From positions 124,001 through 188,000 of IMG/VR virus record IMGVR_UViG_3300024262_006558: a DNA stretch of 64,000 nucleotides; one strand, 5' to 3'. A program made the translations under genes and the position numbers. This document shows positions 19,941 to 30,289 of the stretch, one piece after another. Each line of letters opens with the position of its first letter. Position 1 is the stretch's first letter. A model generated the notes under the pieces. It ran no database searches. It saw only the letters and a list, made by a program, of their open reading frames with translations, and was not told the origin of the DNA.

Positions 19941-22918
19941 TGATAGATAAAAGACAAATACTGCTGCCATCGAAAGATGTTATAACTAGAGGTAAAGAAG
20001 ATCTATACATAAATGTAGACTTGGACAAAGCCTATAATGAAATAAAAGCGTTTAAATACAATAACGTTTTTGACATAGGTAAGATGTTTGAAAACGAAAG
20101 AAATGAGTCTAGAAATTTCTTTGTGTACGGGTCTGTAGATTCAGTGTTTACAAACTGTGATGAATTAGAGTTAGATATATATTTCCCAGTCAATGATATT
20201 GACGTTCAAGACGAAAATGCTGGCGTTTCATTCATTAGAGACAGGAGCTTGATAGAACTTTCAAATGGTGTTATACTACAGTATTTCGATACAATTGTCA
20301 CTGGAAAAGCGTCATATGGATCTGGTAATATTTTTGGTAACAAGAAAGGGGTTTATTCAATTGCTTTAGAAAATTTTAATAGAAAATATGTGTACGTAGT
20401 CTACTCTAGAACGAATAGAACTATTTTAAATACAAACTCTCTTTTTTCTAACGGATTAGTAGGTTGGAATAACACGTCTTCCGCGCCAGAATCTTCAAAG
20501 TGGATTTCAGACAAAAACAAAAGAAGAGTCTTTGTAAGAAACAGTGGAGTCTCCACTTCTTCCTATAATTTATGGCCAGAAGGTACCACTCAATTTTCAG
20601 ATATACCTACCATATATAAGTTTGCTGCCGATGTTCTAGCGGATACTAAATATCCAATAAAAGTGACATTCAATGCAATGTTTTTTGATGGATCCACGCA
20701 AGGTACAATTGGGGAGGTGGAAGTTTTTCCAAATAGCAAAAATGAAACCATATTTGTAGAAGGTAATTCATACCCTTTGTTAGCTTCAGCATTAATAAGC
20801 ACTGTTGGCTTATCTATTCTTTTTGACCCTAGAGAATCTAAAGAGTCTATCGTATATTTGGATAGATATAAAATAAGCGTGTCAGAAAATCAATTAGACA
20901 TAAGCGATAAAATAGAAAACAACTCATTTCATCAAGGGTTGGATTACTGGGAGCAAACAGATGGTATATCCGAGTGGAATTATATCTCTACAGAAAACAC
21001 TATTTTCAGCAGAAAAGATACTCCAGTTGGAGAGGTTGGTAGACCAAGGCTTTTGAGTCAAAATTTTAATGTGAAAAAAGGTATTAGATATATTTTAACA
21101 GTTGGTTTAGAAAGATCTACGCCTCCAGAAAAAATGAGTATACTTTTTTTTCTAGGAAATGACGATAACCCAAAAAGTCAATTAATTACCAGGCCAGCTG
21201 TGGATGGACCCTTAACTACCCCTTCAGCAGTTGTCGATTTTATAGCTGAAGGTGATTACACAAAATTAACTTTAGAGGTATTAATAGCGTCAGACAGAGC
21301 TCCTAATGATTTTATCTATTTAAATGACATCACAATAGTTCCAAGAACTCAATTACTTGAAAGTGAAGATATCGTTGTGGACGAAGTTCAAACTTTTCAG
21401 AGTCAATTAGTTTTTAATGATGATGAAGGGGAGTTTATAAAATATGGAAGCGATTCCCTTCAGATTTCTGATGACGGAAGTGTGGATGTAGTGGAAAATG
21501 ATTTTCCCTTTTTTTATAACACTCATTGGATAAAAAACAATATAGAAATTAATAGAGTTATTACCAGAAGCGCTTCTTTAGATCCAGAAGCCTCTAGCTT
21601 AAGAGAAGGTGAGTCGGTTAATATAAACATTTCTTTAAACAAGCCTAGCGCTCTAGGGGTAGAGCAGGCAACAATTTTAGTTGAGTCAGAAACGGCTGTT
21701 GAAGGTGTAGATTATGAATATTCCCCAAAGACTATACAGTGGAATAAGGGGGAAACTGTAAAAACTGTTACCTTAAAAACTAAGGTAAACCCAGAAACTA
21801 GTCCTTTACAGCAAATAAAGATATCACTTACGAATCAGGTTAGATTAGGCTTTTCAAACAATACTCAAACTATAATTGATCTATCTGATGCAAATGTCTC
21901 AAGGTACACCAAAATATCTATACCGTCAGTATATAAAAACCTAAAGTCATTTGGGCAAAGAGTAAGCACTAATAATGATGTGCAGAAAATTGATTTAGCT
22001 AGAAAGAATTCTATTTTTAGAAACGGGGCAGAATTTGACGGTGTGCCTGAAGAATTTTATTCCACAGATTCATTTACGATAAAAATAACAAACAAAGGAG
22101 AGCCAGTTAATATGGATCCAATCCCAGGATTAACCACTTCACCAACCCTTCTTGGGATTGGTGAATCACTAGAAGGTCTCATATCGCCTATTTTTATAGG
22201 AACTTCAGAGGTTAATGAATATACAATAACTGTAAACCCTAATCCAGGAGGAGAGTCTTGCGCAGTGGATATAGACGGTCATATTTATCTTAATATAGAC
22301 ACTATAACAGATTTAATAGAAGCGGTTCAAGGGGATAATACTGAAAAAGGTTTTTCATTAGAAACAATAAGTGAGACTGCGGTTAAGATAACAGCATCTT
22401 CTCCAGGCTTTTTCATTAGCATATCTAAATTTGACCCTAGCTCATTAATGGATATACAAGAGACAAGCGCATTTGTTTACCTGCCTCAAAGAAAGCTTTC
22501 TTTAAATTTGAAAGCGAATCGTTTTAATTCTGAGAAGATAGATTATAATATAGAGCTTTCTAAACCAGGGTTTAAAACAATAAGCGTTGATACTGGTCAA
22601 TTGGACGCCAAAGAAAATGGGTTTGATGAATACTTCCTAGTTACAAGCTTTAGTAACATGAGAAATTTCCTAGACAGAAGCAGTTGTATATCAGTTGATG
22701 GTTCAGGCGTTGATGGCAATGTAGTTTTTAATGGCGCCCTATTTATATCAGATAGCATAGGTGACAATGGAAAACCATTGAACTTAACCACGTTTGGAAC
22801 ATCTATAAATGGATCATCTAGCATTTTCTCCTTAACTGAAGCCGTTGTAGTTGAGTGTACTAAACAAGAATCTAATGATAACAAATTAGGCCCTTATAAT
22901 AGCATTTTTGTAGAATAA
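19940..22918 (+). CDS. Virion protein with two CBM-like domains and a Calx-beta-like domain
   Basis: NSLFSNGLVGW and ENNSFHQGLDYW...YLNDITI (CBM-like); EGESVNINISL...TAVEGVDY...WNKGETVKTV (Calx-beta). Confidence 0.6.
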   Translation: MIDKRQILLPSKDVITRGKEDLYINVDLDKAYNEIKAFKYNNVFDIGKMFENERNESRNFFVYGSVDSVFTNCDELELDIYFPVNDIDVQDENAGVSFIRDRSLIELSNGVILQYFDTIVTGKASYGSGNIFGNKKGVYSIALENFNRKYVYVVYSRTNRTILNTNSLFSNGLVGWNNTSSAPESSKWISDKNKRRVFVRNSGVSTSSYNLWPEGTTQFSDIPTIYKFAADVLADTKYPIKVTFNAMFFDGSTQGTIGEVEVFPNSKNETIFVEGNSYPLLASALISTVGLSILFDPRESKESIVYLDRYKISVSENQLDISDKIENNSFHQGLDYWEQTDGISEWNYISTENTIFSRKDTPVGEVGRPRLLSQNFNVKKGIRYILTVGLERSTPPEKMSILFFLGNDDNPKSQLITRPAVDGPLTTPSAVVDFIAEGDYTKLTLEVLIASDRAPNDFIYLNDITIVPRTQLLESEDIVVDEVQTFQSQLVFNDDEGEFIKYGSDSLQISDDGSVDVVENDFPFFYNTHWIKNNIEINRVITRSASLDPEASSLREGESVNINISLNKPSALGVEQATILVESETAVEGVDYEYSPKTIQWNKGETVKTVTLKTKVNPETSPLQQIKISLTNQVRLGFSNNTQTIIDLSDANVSRYTKISIPSVYKNLKSFGQRVSTNNDVQKIDLARKNSIFRNGAEFDGVPEEFYSTDSFTIKITNKGEPVNMDPIPGLTTSPTLLGIGESLEGLISPIFIGTSEVNEYTITVNPNPGGESCAVDIDGHIYLNIDTITDLIEAVQGDNTEKGFSLETISETAVKITASSPGFFISISKFDPSSLMDIQETSAFVYLPQRKLSLNLKANRFNSEKIDYNIELSKPGFKTISVDTGQLDAKENGFDEYFLVTSFSNMRNFLDRSSCISVDGSGVDGNVVFNGALFISDSIGDNGKPLNLTTFGTSINGSSSIFSLTEAVVVECTKQESNDNKLGPYNSIFVE

Positions 22919-23433
22919 TGGACAACATAGAAAAAATAACACTTTACTTAGATTCAATTGAAGACAATAGTAGTTCTACTAGGTATTCAATAAGAAAGTC
23001 AGATAGAACTTGGGGAGAGTTTCCTGAAAAAGATTTCATTATACCACTAACTCTTATTAAAAAAGAAGAGTCTATAGGATATGTTGACATAAGTACGGAT
23101 CAAGCTATATCAACTATTGTAAGACAGGAGTTTAACCCCTTTTTTATTGAGTATGATTTTTTTAGCACTATAACTCGAAATAGAATATTAGACTCTACTA
23201 ACCTAACCGCTGAGCACATTTCTTTTATAAGAGAGATGAGGCCTGATATAGACTCTATATACACTAAGGATGAGGACATTAGAATATGGTTTGACATAAG
23301 CGGTTATATAACCCTACCCTGGAATCCAGGCACTTCAAACGAGGTAACTTTAAATACATTAGACATTCTTACGATCAACACGGAAAGTATAGTATCCAAA
23401 GCTCCAATTTACCCAATTGACATTAATAACTAA
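22918..23433 (+). CDS. Tail-operon hypothetical protein carrying one 'IR..RPD' module
   Basis: 171 aa, TAATG-coupled. Confidence 0.55.
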   Translation: MDNIEKITLYLDSIEDNSSSTRYSIRKSDRTWGEFPEKDFIIPLTLIKKEESIGYVDISTDQAISTIVRQEFNPFFIEYDFFSTITRNRILDSTNLTAEHISFIREMRPDIDSIYTKDEDIRIWFDISGYITLPWNPGTSNEVTLNTLDILTINTESIVSKAPIYPIDINN

Positions 23434-25562
23434 TGCTAGATCACAACGAAATATTATTAAATCAAAGGTTTGAGAATGCTCAACCTAACATTGATTCTAA
23501 ATTAACCCTAACCTATGAATATTATGTATATCAACAAGATTCGTTGGGAGGCGGCATAACTACAGAATTTAATGTTAGACAATTTCTTTCAGATAATACA
23601 AATGATGAAATTGGTGATGATTTCTTTAGTTTCCTAAATGCTAATACTTCCATTGAAGAATTTAGAAATATTTATAATAGCAATGAAAAGCTGTCATCTA
23701 TCTTTAATGTATATTACGAAAAATCTGTAATTAACAGCCAAGCTAGTACAAGGAGTTTTGTTACTCCTGAATTGACAGGAACCTCTCAAATAAGTATATT
23801 TACACCCAACACATTTAATTGGTCAGATTCTTCATCCATTGATTTGTATGGTAATAAAATGGATGGAGAAGTTGACAGTTTAACATCTGGCGAAAGAAAT
23901 ATATACGGCCCCAACGGAAAAGCTGTTCTTGTTAATATAAGCACTGAAGAAAGTTACTACTTACCCCTCTTTCTAACACAATCACATACACAGACAGCTA
24001 CAATGAACTTTGCCAGTATTTCTAAAGACTGTTATAGGGACGTGGAAGGAGATGATGGGGAAGTGAAAACAGTGTTTTTAAAGCAATGTTTTGTGGAAAA
24101 TGGATTTAAAGGTTTTGATGAGATAAATGAATTGTACAATAACCCAACACTTGGACAAGCAGCATTTACACAACCTACCTTCAACATAGATGAAGGTGAA
24201 GGGGCAACGGTGGTAATAAGTTTAGAGGAGCCTTCTCGTTTTGGCTTGGAAGAGATTACAATATTTATAGATGAAGAAGAAACAACAGCTGCTACAACTG
24301 ATTACTTCATCTTCATAGATGGGTCTCCATCTCCAGAAAAAAGTTTTGATTTTAAATTTGAAGTTGGTGAACAAACTAAAACTGTATCGGTTTTCGCTAG
24401 AGCCGATGAAGTAAATGATGATGATAACAAAGTTTGCTTAAAAATTAAGAGTCCTCGTAATGTAAATATAGGTTTAGGGAAAACAGAAATTAATATAACA
24501 GACACCACTGAAGTAAAAACAATACAATTAGCCCCTACTACAATAGCTACTGTTGGCGAGACTATACTAACAGACTCGACTTTCATAGGGAGAGCTAAAG
24601 TTAAGGTTGGAACTTCTACATATCAAAATAGGCTTTCAATAGGTATAGAAAACTTCAAAGTAGATTTTAATAACAATTCCACGGTCGCTATAGCTAGCGG
24701 CCTAAGAGGTAAGCCTTGGGAGGATTCAGCTTCTGAATATGATATTACGAACGGTGTTTATACACCGAATAGAGACAAAAAGATTAGCATTAGAGCAACA
24801 TATTATTTTTCTAAAAAAGACATCCCTTTTAATAGTGACGAGATATTATTAGCAAAAATAACGGCTAATAAAGGCGGGGCAACAAGGCTTCTGGGCTTTG
24901 TTGGTGGAGATGGCATAGTTGGCAATGAGCAAACAGCAGTACAGTACGCTCAAAAAAGTGGAGTCATATCCATTGAGGGGGTAGATGTGTTCGAGGGAGA
25001 ATCTATAACAGTATCATTTCAATCCTTCTTCAAAAGAACCGATTCCACAGAAGAGTTTTTAAATAGCTCAAATGTAAACACTAAAGGATTAGCTTCTATA
25101 TCTGGTTTTGAATTCGAAGTTTACGATGTTGTCAATGAAGCGTTTAGACCTTTAGATATTCAAGTTTTACAACTATCTGAAGGAAGTTCCGTAAATATTG
25201 AAACGCTTCTAAACAAGAGTAGTGGGTCTGGCATTGAATCTGTTAGTATACAAAGTAAATTTAACACTTTCACAGTTAAAATAGGGAACTATACACCTTC
25301 AACTGGAGTTGTATACTACGACATAGAAGTGGAAGATGGGGTAGATTCTTTTATATCTAGAGATATTACAAATGCGTTTTCAATTTCGCCTAGCAGGTTA
25401 GATTGGAATGTTGGAGACACAGTTAAAACATCAGTATTAACTCTTGGGAGTTTAGGTGGAGCTTCTCAATATAAAGACCAAATAGTTGGAGAAATTTTTA
25501 TAAGCGATCCTTCAAACGCTACTTTAGGAGAAAACATTAAATACTATTACGAGATAGTTTAA
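23433..25562 (+). CDS. Virion protein with two Calx-beta-like domains
   Basis: DEGEGATVVISL...TDY...FEVGEQTKTVSV and LSEGSSVNIE...WNVGDTVKTSV...PSNATLG. Confidence 0.6.
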   Translation: MLDHNEILLNQRFENAQPNIDSKLTLTYEYYVYQQDSLGGGITTEFNVRQFLSDNTNDEIGDDFFSFLNANTSIEEFRNIYNSNEKLSSIFNVYYEKSVINSQASTRSFVTPELTGTSQISIFTPNTFNWSDSSSIDLYGNKMDGEVDSLTSGERNIYGPNGKAVLVNISTEESYYLPLFLTQSHTQTATMNFASISKDCYRDVEGDDGEVKTVFLKQCFVENGFKGFDEINELYNNPTLGQAAFTQPTFNIDEGEGATVVISLEEPSRFGLEEITIFIDEEETTAATTDYFIFIDGSPSPEKSFDFKFEVGEQTKTVSVFARADEVNDDDNKVCLKIKSPRNVNIGLGKTEINITDTTEVKTIQLAPTTIATVGETILTDSTFIGRAKVKVGTSTYQNRLSIGIENFKVDFNNNSTVAIASGLRGKPWEDSASEYDITNGVYTPNRDKKISIRATYYFSKKDIPFNSDEILLAKITANKGGATRLLGFVGGDGIVGNEQTAVQYAQKSGVISIEGVDVFEGESITVSFQSFFKRTDSTEEFLNSSNVNTKGLASISGFEFEVYDVVNEAFRPLDIQVLQLSEGSSVNIETLLNKSSGSGIESVSIQSKFNTFTVKIGNYTPSTGVVYYDIEVEDGVDSFISRDITNAFSISPSRLDWNVGDTVKTSVLTLGSLGGASQYKDQIVGEIFISDPSNATLGENIKYYYEIV

Positions 25563-25573
25563 TAAAAATAAAA

Positions 25574-25580
25574 TATTTAT
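25574..25580 (+). promoter_or_regulatory. Putative late promoter TATTTAT
   Basis: 16 nt upstream of ATG 25597. Confidence 0.6.
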
Positions 25581-25596
25581 ATTTAAATAAAAAACA

Positions 25597-26475
25597 ATGG
25601 CAGTAGGATTATACGGAAATAAAAAGTTAGCAGACGTGGACTTCAATGATGTCGACATATTATATGCTTATGCTCCAAATAGAACAGAATTAGGAGATCT
25701 TCAATGGAAACCATTGTTTAGCAATATTTCTAACAATGAATTTAGAAAGCTGTTAGGAGCTGATGGCGGTTACAAACTTAGACTTCCCTCCAACACTTTT
25801 AATAGGATAGGGTATTATATGGTTCAAATCAAGCCAAAAGCTTTTGAAACCACTATACAAGATTGTTCGTTTATCGTTCAAAATAACGATGATGAGGTTC
25901 AGATTTCTAGAAAAGGTATCATTATACCATCATTGCAATTTCAGAGAAGAGGAGCTTTAATAGGTTATCAAATAGAATATTTTGATGGCAATGATCAAAA
26001 GATACGTAATTTTCACAGAATAGTAACTAGCAGTGAATTGGTTAGCGTAGCCCCATCTAATAATAGTAATAATCAAGGGTCCACAACCTATAGTTTAGAC
26101 CCTCAAGGAACTCAATTGTTTCTGAATCTAACTCCAGATGAAGAAAGTTTAATATCTAATGGGCAACAAATTGATTTAGGTAAGGCAGGTCAAAAAATTA
26201 TTATTACCAACACTTTTTTTGATCCTAAAATTTTAGAAGTGGAGATGACAGATCAAAACATTAAAACATTGAGCTACGGTATATTTGGTAACTCAACTAA
26301 AGACCTGGAGAATGGTGTTTATTCTATTTTTGATGAAGCTGGAAATCTTTATAAACAATACAATTTGTACACTAGAAAAAAACAATTTTCAGATGGTAGA
26401 GTTGATGCTAAAGAAGAAAGGACTCAGATTAGTTTAGACCAAAACTTCTTTAACATATCTCAAGGATTATCTTAA
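25597..26475 (+). CDS. Conserved-looking virion structural protein
   Basis: MAVGLYG...GGYKLRLP...YKQYNLY; has its own late motif. Confidence 0.55.
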   Translation: MAVGLYGNKKLADVDFNDVDILYAYAPNRTELGDLQWKPLFSNISNNEFRKLLGADGGYKLRLPSNTFNRIGYYMVQIKPKAFETTIQDCSFIVQNNDDEVQISRKGIIIPSLQFQRRGALIGYQIEYFDGNDQKIRNFHRIVTSSELVSVAPSNNSNNQGSTTYSLDPQGTQLFLNLTPDEESLISNGQQIDLGKAGQKIIITNTFFDPKILEVEMTDQNIKTLSYGIFGNSTKDLENGVYSIFDEAGNLYKQYNLYTRKKQFSDGRVDAKEERTQISLDQNFFNISQGLS

Positions 26476-26477
26476 GT

Positions 26478-28580
26478 TTATACAATTTTTAAGGCGCCAG
26501 CATCATTCCATATAGCTCCAGAGTTTAACCCCGCTGATGCAATAGGTATATTATAAAAGGTTATATTATCTTTTACTGTATTACTTCTTGCTGGAGTAAC
26601 TTCTGGAGTCCCTTGAACTGATGGGTTTCCTGTGTAATATCCAAAATTTATATCTGGAGAAACGTCAATAGGCAAAGAGCAATCGATGAAATCAACTGCA
26701 ATAGGCGTTGAGACTATTTGAGGTTTTATTGCGTACGGTGTTCCATTAAAATTGCTTGACGTTATAGCGAGCATGTCAAAAAATATACCTGTTTTTGTAT
26801 CGGTAGATGGAGAGTTTCTAATGTCAGCAGAATATCCACTTAATACTACTGTAAAATGATCCGCCTTTATAGTAGTATTAGCGCTCCCTGTAACAAGACC
26901 TGTGCATCCGTCAAGCGTAATCTCAGAGCAAGCGCCATCTATATCTATATAATTATCTGTATAGACAGTGTTTATGGTACAATTATTTAAAATAACTCTA
27001 CCTACGTTTTCTATTTTTATAACTCTCTGATTAGGTTTTTGACCTACGCTTACAGTGTAATTCCTACCTATGTCTCCAGTAACATCTATTCTAGAGCCTT
27101 CTCCAAAGTACACGACTGCAGACGCAGTGTCATTTGCATATACATTATTCCAAGTCCCTTCTAAACAATTTCTATATGCATTATTTACATTAACCCCTGA
27201 ACCATCACACTGAGTTGATATTACAGGTATAGCAGCTGATCCTAGAGGATCAGCTCCTCCATTATCATAAAAACTTGTAGCAGTATTAAAGTTTGCTGTA
27301 ATTTTTCTCCAATCAGTAGACGTTCCAGTACCAGCTCCTCCTCTATCCGTTCCTTGAGCGTTAATGAATCCAGCGCTTTTATTGCTCGTGAACCACACTA
27401 AGTCTCCAGTAATGTTCATTTCTGATGATTGAGTACTCTCAGTAGTAACCCCTGAACTATTATCAAAACTATACCCAGACCCAGTTGTAGCCTCTAAAGT
27501 AACTCCATCTGAAAATTCATATGTAATACCTTCTACGAAAAAGTTAACACTAGCCGCATATTCAAAAACCCCAGAAACAACTTTTATTATGGCCCCGTCA
27601 AATTCTGGTACCGTGGCGCTTCCAGATCCAATAACCGCGTCACGACCATCTACAAGGCTATTAAATGGTAGCGTTAAGGATCCGTCTCCGCCAGAAGGCG
27701 CAAACCCATCTACATAGAAAGTTGTTCCAGCAGCAGCCTCTACAGGTAAATGAGAAGCTATAATTAACCATTGATTTAGAGAAATGTCATATCTAAAAGT
27801 AGCTGATTGATTCACCACTAACGAAGTGATGTTTGACCCATTTTCTTCAGTCACTATTACAGCGGTGCTCACGTCATCCACAGTGACTCCTATTAGATCC
27901 CCATCGGCAGGCGGTATTGCACTTATTGGATCTGGCATCTCTAAAGTTGCAGTAACTCCACTAGCTTCGATTGTATACCCTTTTCCAACCACCGCTAATA
28001 CAGGGGTAGCTCCAGTAACATTTTCACTCCACTCTACCGCTGTAGAACTAATTGTTATAAATTCGTTCGACCCAGAATTAGATAAAGTTTTAATCAAGCC
28101 AGATCCAGTAGAAATTTTATCAAATAAAAACCCTGAAACTGTGTCTCCAGAAGAGATTTTAACTAATTGATCCGTTCCGCCTGACCCAAACAATAAAGAC
28201 AAATCCGTGCTACCTGAATAAAATGTTGTAGCGCTTAATGCGTTAAAAGATGACTCTCCACTAACCGTTATGTTATCAACAGTTAACCCAGTTACGTTTA
28301 TCGTTGGTAAGTTATCGGTGCCTCCAGTGAATGTGTTTACACCTTCACCTATACGAGTAATGTCTCCAGTTGACCCGCTTGGAATCAATGAAATTATTAC
28401 ATCTTCTAGATTGGTTCCTCCAGAAAAAATAGTAGTTGCAGAAACGCTATTATTGACTAAAATATTGTTTACAGTAACTCCTTTGTTAATTATTTCACTT
28501 TCTGTTGTTGCGGAAAAAAAGGCATTTAACCTCCGTCTCCCCTCATCAAACGTTGATCCACTCGCTAAAACTTCAGACAT
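26478..28580 (-). CDS. Tail fibre/tailspike-like receptor-binding protein
   Basis: N-terminal SATT..SG.T.L repeats, FYVDG...GDGSLTLPFNSL motif typical of beta-helix starts, C-terminal GAIWNDAGALKI. Confidence 0.65.
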   Translation of the reverse strand: MSEVLASGSTFDEGRRRLNAFFSATTESEIINKGVTVNNILVNNSVSATTIFSGGTNLEDVIISLIPSGSTGDITRIGEGVNTFTGGTDNLPTINVTGLTVDNITVSGESSFNALSATTFYSGSTDLSLLFGSGGTDQLVKISSGDTVSGFLFDKISTGSGLIKTLSNSGSNEFITISSTAVEWSENVTGATPVLAVVGKGYTIEASGVTATLEMPDPISAIPPADGDLIGVTVDDVSTAVIVTEENGSNITSLVVNQSATFRYDISLNQWLIIASHLPVEAAAGTTFYVDGFAPSGGDGSLTLPFNSLVDGRDAVIGSGSATVPEFDGAIIKVVSGVFEYAASVNFFVEGITYEFSDGVTLEATTGSGYSFDNSSGVTTESTQSSEMNITGDLVWFTSNKSAGFINAQGTDRGGAGTGTSTDWRKITANFNTATSFYDNGGADPLGSAAIPVISTQCDGSGVNVNNAYRNCLEGTWNNVYANDTASAVVYFGEGSRIDVTGDIGRNYTVSVGQKPNQRVIKIENVGRVILNNCTINTVYTDNYIDIDGACSEITLDGCTGLVTGSANTTIKADHFTVVLSGYSADIRNSPSTDTKTGIFFDMLAITSSNFNGTPYAIKPQIVSTPIAVDFIDCSLPIDVSPDINFGYYTGNPSVQGTPEVTPARSNTVKDNITFYNIPIASAGLNSGAIWNDAGALKIV

Positions 28581-28602
28581 TTTTATTATATTTATATTTT
28601 AC

Positions 28603-28609
28603 ATAAATA
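28603..28609 (-). promoter_or_regulatory. Putative late promoter TATTTAT
   Basis: 22 nt upstream of start 28580. Confidence 0.5.
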
Positions 28610-28622
28610 GAGGAAATATTAA

Positions 28623-30287
28623 TTAAACCCCCATTAAATCACCTTGTTTATCACCCCATGTGTCATAAGTATTACCCCATAGTATTTCAATATCCACATT
28701 GTTCACCAAACTGTTGTTAAGAGTTATATTTTGTGAATTAGTTTTATAGCCTCTATAATCTACAAATAGCACATAAGACCCTCTTGTTAAATCTGAGAAA
28801 TAATAATTACCAACTAAATCTGTTGTTGCAGATAAAGTAGACCCTTCTTCATTTATAAGTTGAACCGTAGCCCCTGTTACTATACTACCAGTTACTAGAC
28901 CGCTTATAATATAAGATCCAGAATTCTCAACTGTTATACTTGGAGGCGTGACAAGTTCTGGTAATTCAGAGCTGAAAGGTGAATCAGTCTGAGATCTGAC
29001 AAATACAGCAGCAGGCTGCGACTGAGTCACGCCTGTTAAATTATCAGAAAAACTTATAATCTGTTGTTCAACTCCGAATATATTCCTAATTAACTTAACG
29101 TTACCAATTCTATATATAAAGCTAGAAGCTGTTTTTAAGGGTATCTCAGCCCTTTGAATACCATCCGTCAACTCTTTGTCTATATTGTACTTGAAAGTGG
29201 TCCCAGAGAACGCTGTATCATTTATATTATAAGTTACCTCTACCATATATCTATCCCCATCAGATACGTTTGAGAAATATAATTGAGGAGAGAATGTGCT
29301 TATAGGCCCAGAAATTAAAGGTCTCTCGAATTCAGGCTTGTTAGGAACAGTAAAATAAGTGAAAAAATACCCCCTAACAGTGACTCCACTAAAAACGCCC
29401 GACTCTATAGTTGTTGGGGTGGTGCTTGTTTGAAATCTTGTTGTCCTACTGTAATCATAATCATAAGCTAACGCATCCCCATCTGGCAATCCAGCAAAGA
29501 CGTTTTGAGATACGCTCCCTGCATCCTCTGGATTATCCCTGCCTGAAACAAATAATCTTTGTTCATCACTATATCCTTTAGGGTCATTTTGATCAAACGT
29601 GAAAGATGTATCAACAAAGTACTGACTTTTATCTTCAAATAATATTCTTTTATAAGGCTCAGAAGTATAGTCCCCATCTCCAAAAGTAGTTGCGCTAAAA
29701 GGCAATTTAGTGAATTGTCCTGGATAGAAATCATAAACATAACTTGTAAAACCAGAAGTTCCTGAGGTAATTTTAATATATGGAGTATCTAAAAATTGCT
29801 GTAAAGCATCAAATGTGACAATGTCAACTTTTTGATACTGATCTGTTGTAGCGCTCTTTTTTAATTTCCTAGAAACAGACCTAACAGTCTTGATACCATT
29901 TTCAATAATAATCTCTTCCTCTTCCACTGTATCACTATCCACATTTAGTGAAGAGTTTATTTTTGTGAAATCAGGATTATAAGCTTTAAAATCCTCATAC
30001 TTTAACTTGTATATGTCATGAACAATCTCTGTGCTACCACTAAAACTGCTTGTATTGGCTGAGAAATTGAATCTGATAAAAGGAGTGTTTTGACTAGTAA
30101 AAACAGCGCTATGGTCTTGGCCATAATAATTTAGAGTTCCCCCAAAAGTGGTAAACTCAGGCAGGTCAAATATAAAAGGTTCCACGTACGGATACCCAGG
30201 GTCAACAAGAGCATTGCTCCAAAATGTTTGTATGGTAGAATTTTGATCCCCAGTAGATCTTCTTTGTATTGGACTTCCTGACAGCAT
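28623..30287 (-). CDS. Virion protein with C-terminal carboxypeptidase-regulatory-like (prealbumin) domain
   Basis: ISGLV..GATVQL...TTDLVGNYYFSDLTRGSYVLFVDYRGY. Confidence 0.65.
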   Translation of the reverse strand: MLSGSPIQRRSTGDQNSTIQTFWSNALVDPGYPYVEPFIFDLPEFTTFGGTLNYYGQDHSAVFTSQNTPFIRFNFSANTSSFSGSTEIVHDIYKLKYEDFKAYNPDFTKINSSLNVDSDTVEEEEIIIENGIKTVRSVSRKLKKSATTDQYQKVDIVTFDALQQFLDTPYIKITSGTSGFTSYVYDFYPGQFTKLPFSATTFGDGDYTSEPYKRILFEDKSQYFVDTSFTFDQNDPKGYSDEQRLFVSGRDNPEDAGSVSQNVFAGLPDGDALAYDYDYSRTTRFQTSTTPTTIESGVFSGVTVRGYFFTYFTVPNKPEFERPLISGPISTFSPQLYFSNVSDGDRYMVEVTYNINDTAFSGTTFKYNIDKELTDGIQRAEIPLKTASSFIYRIGNVKLIRNIFGVEQQIISFSDNLTGVTQSQPAAVFVRSQTDSPFSSELPELVTPPSITVENSGSYIISGLVTGSIVTGATVQLINEEGSTLSATTDLVGNYYFSDLTRGSYVLFVDYRGYKTNSQNITLNNSLVNNVDIEILWGNTYDTWGDKQGDLMGV

Positions 30288-30289
30288 AC

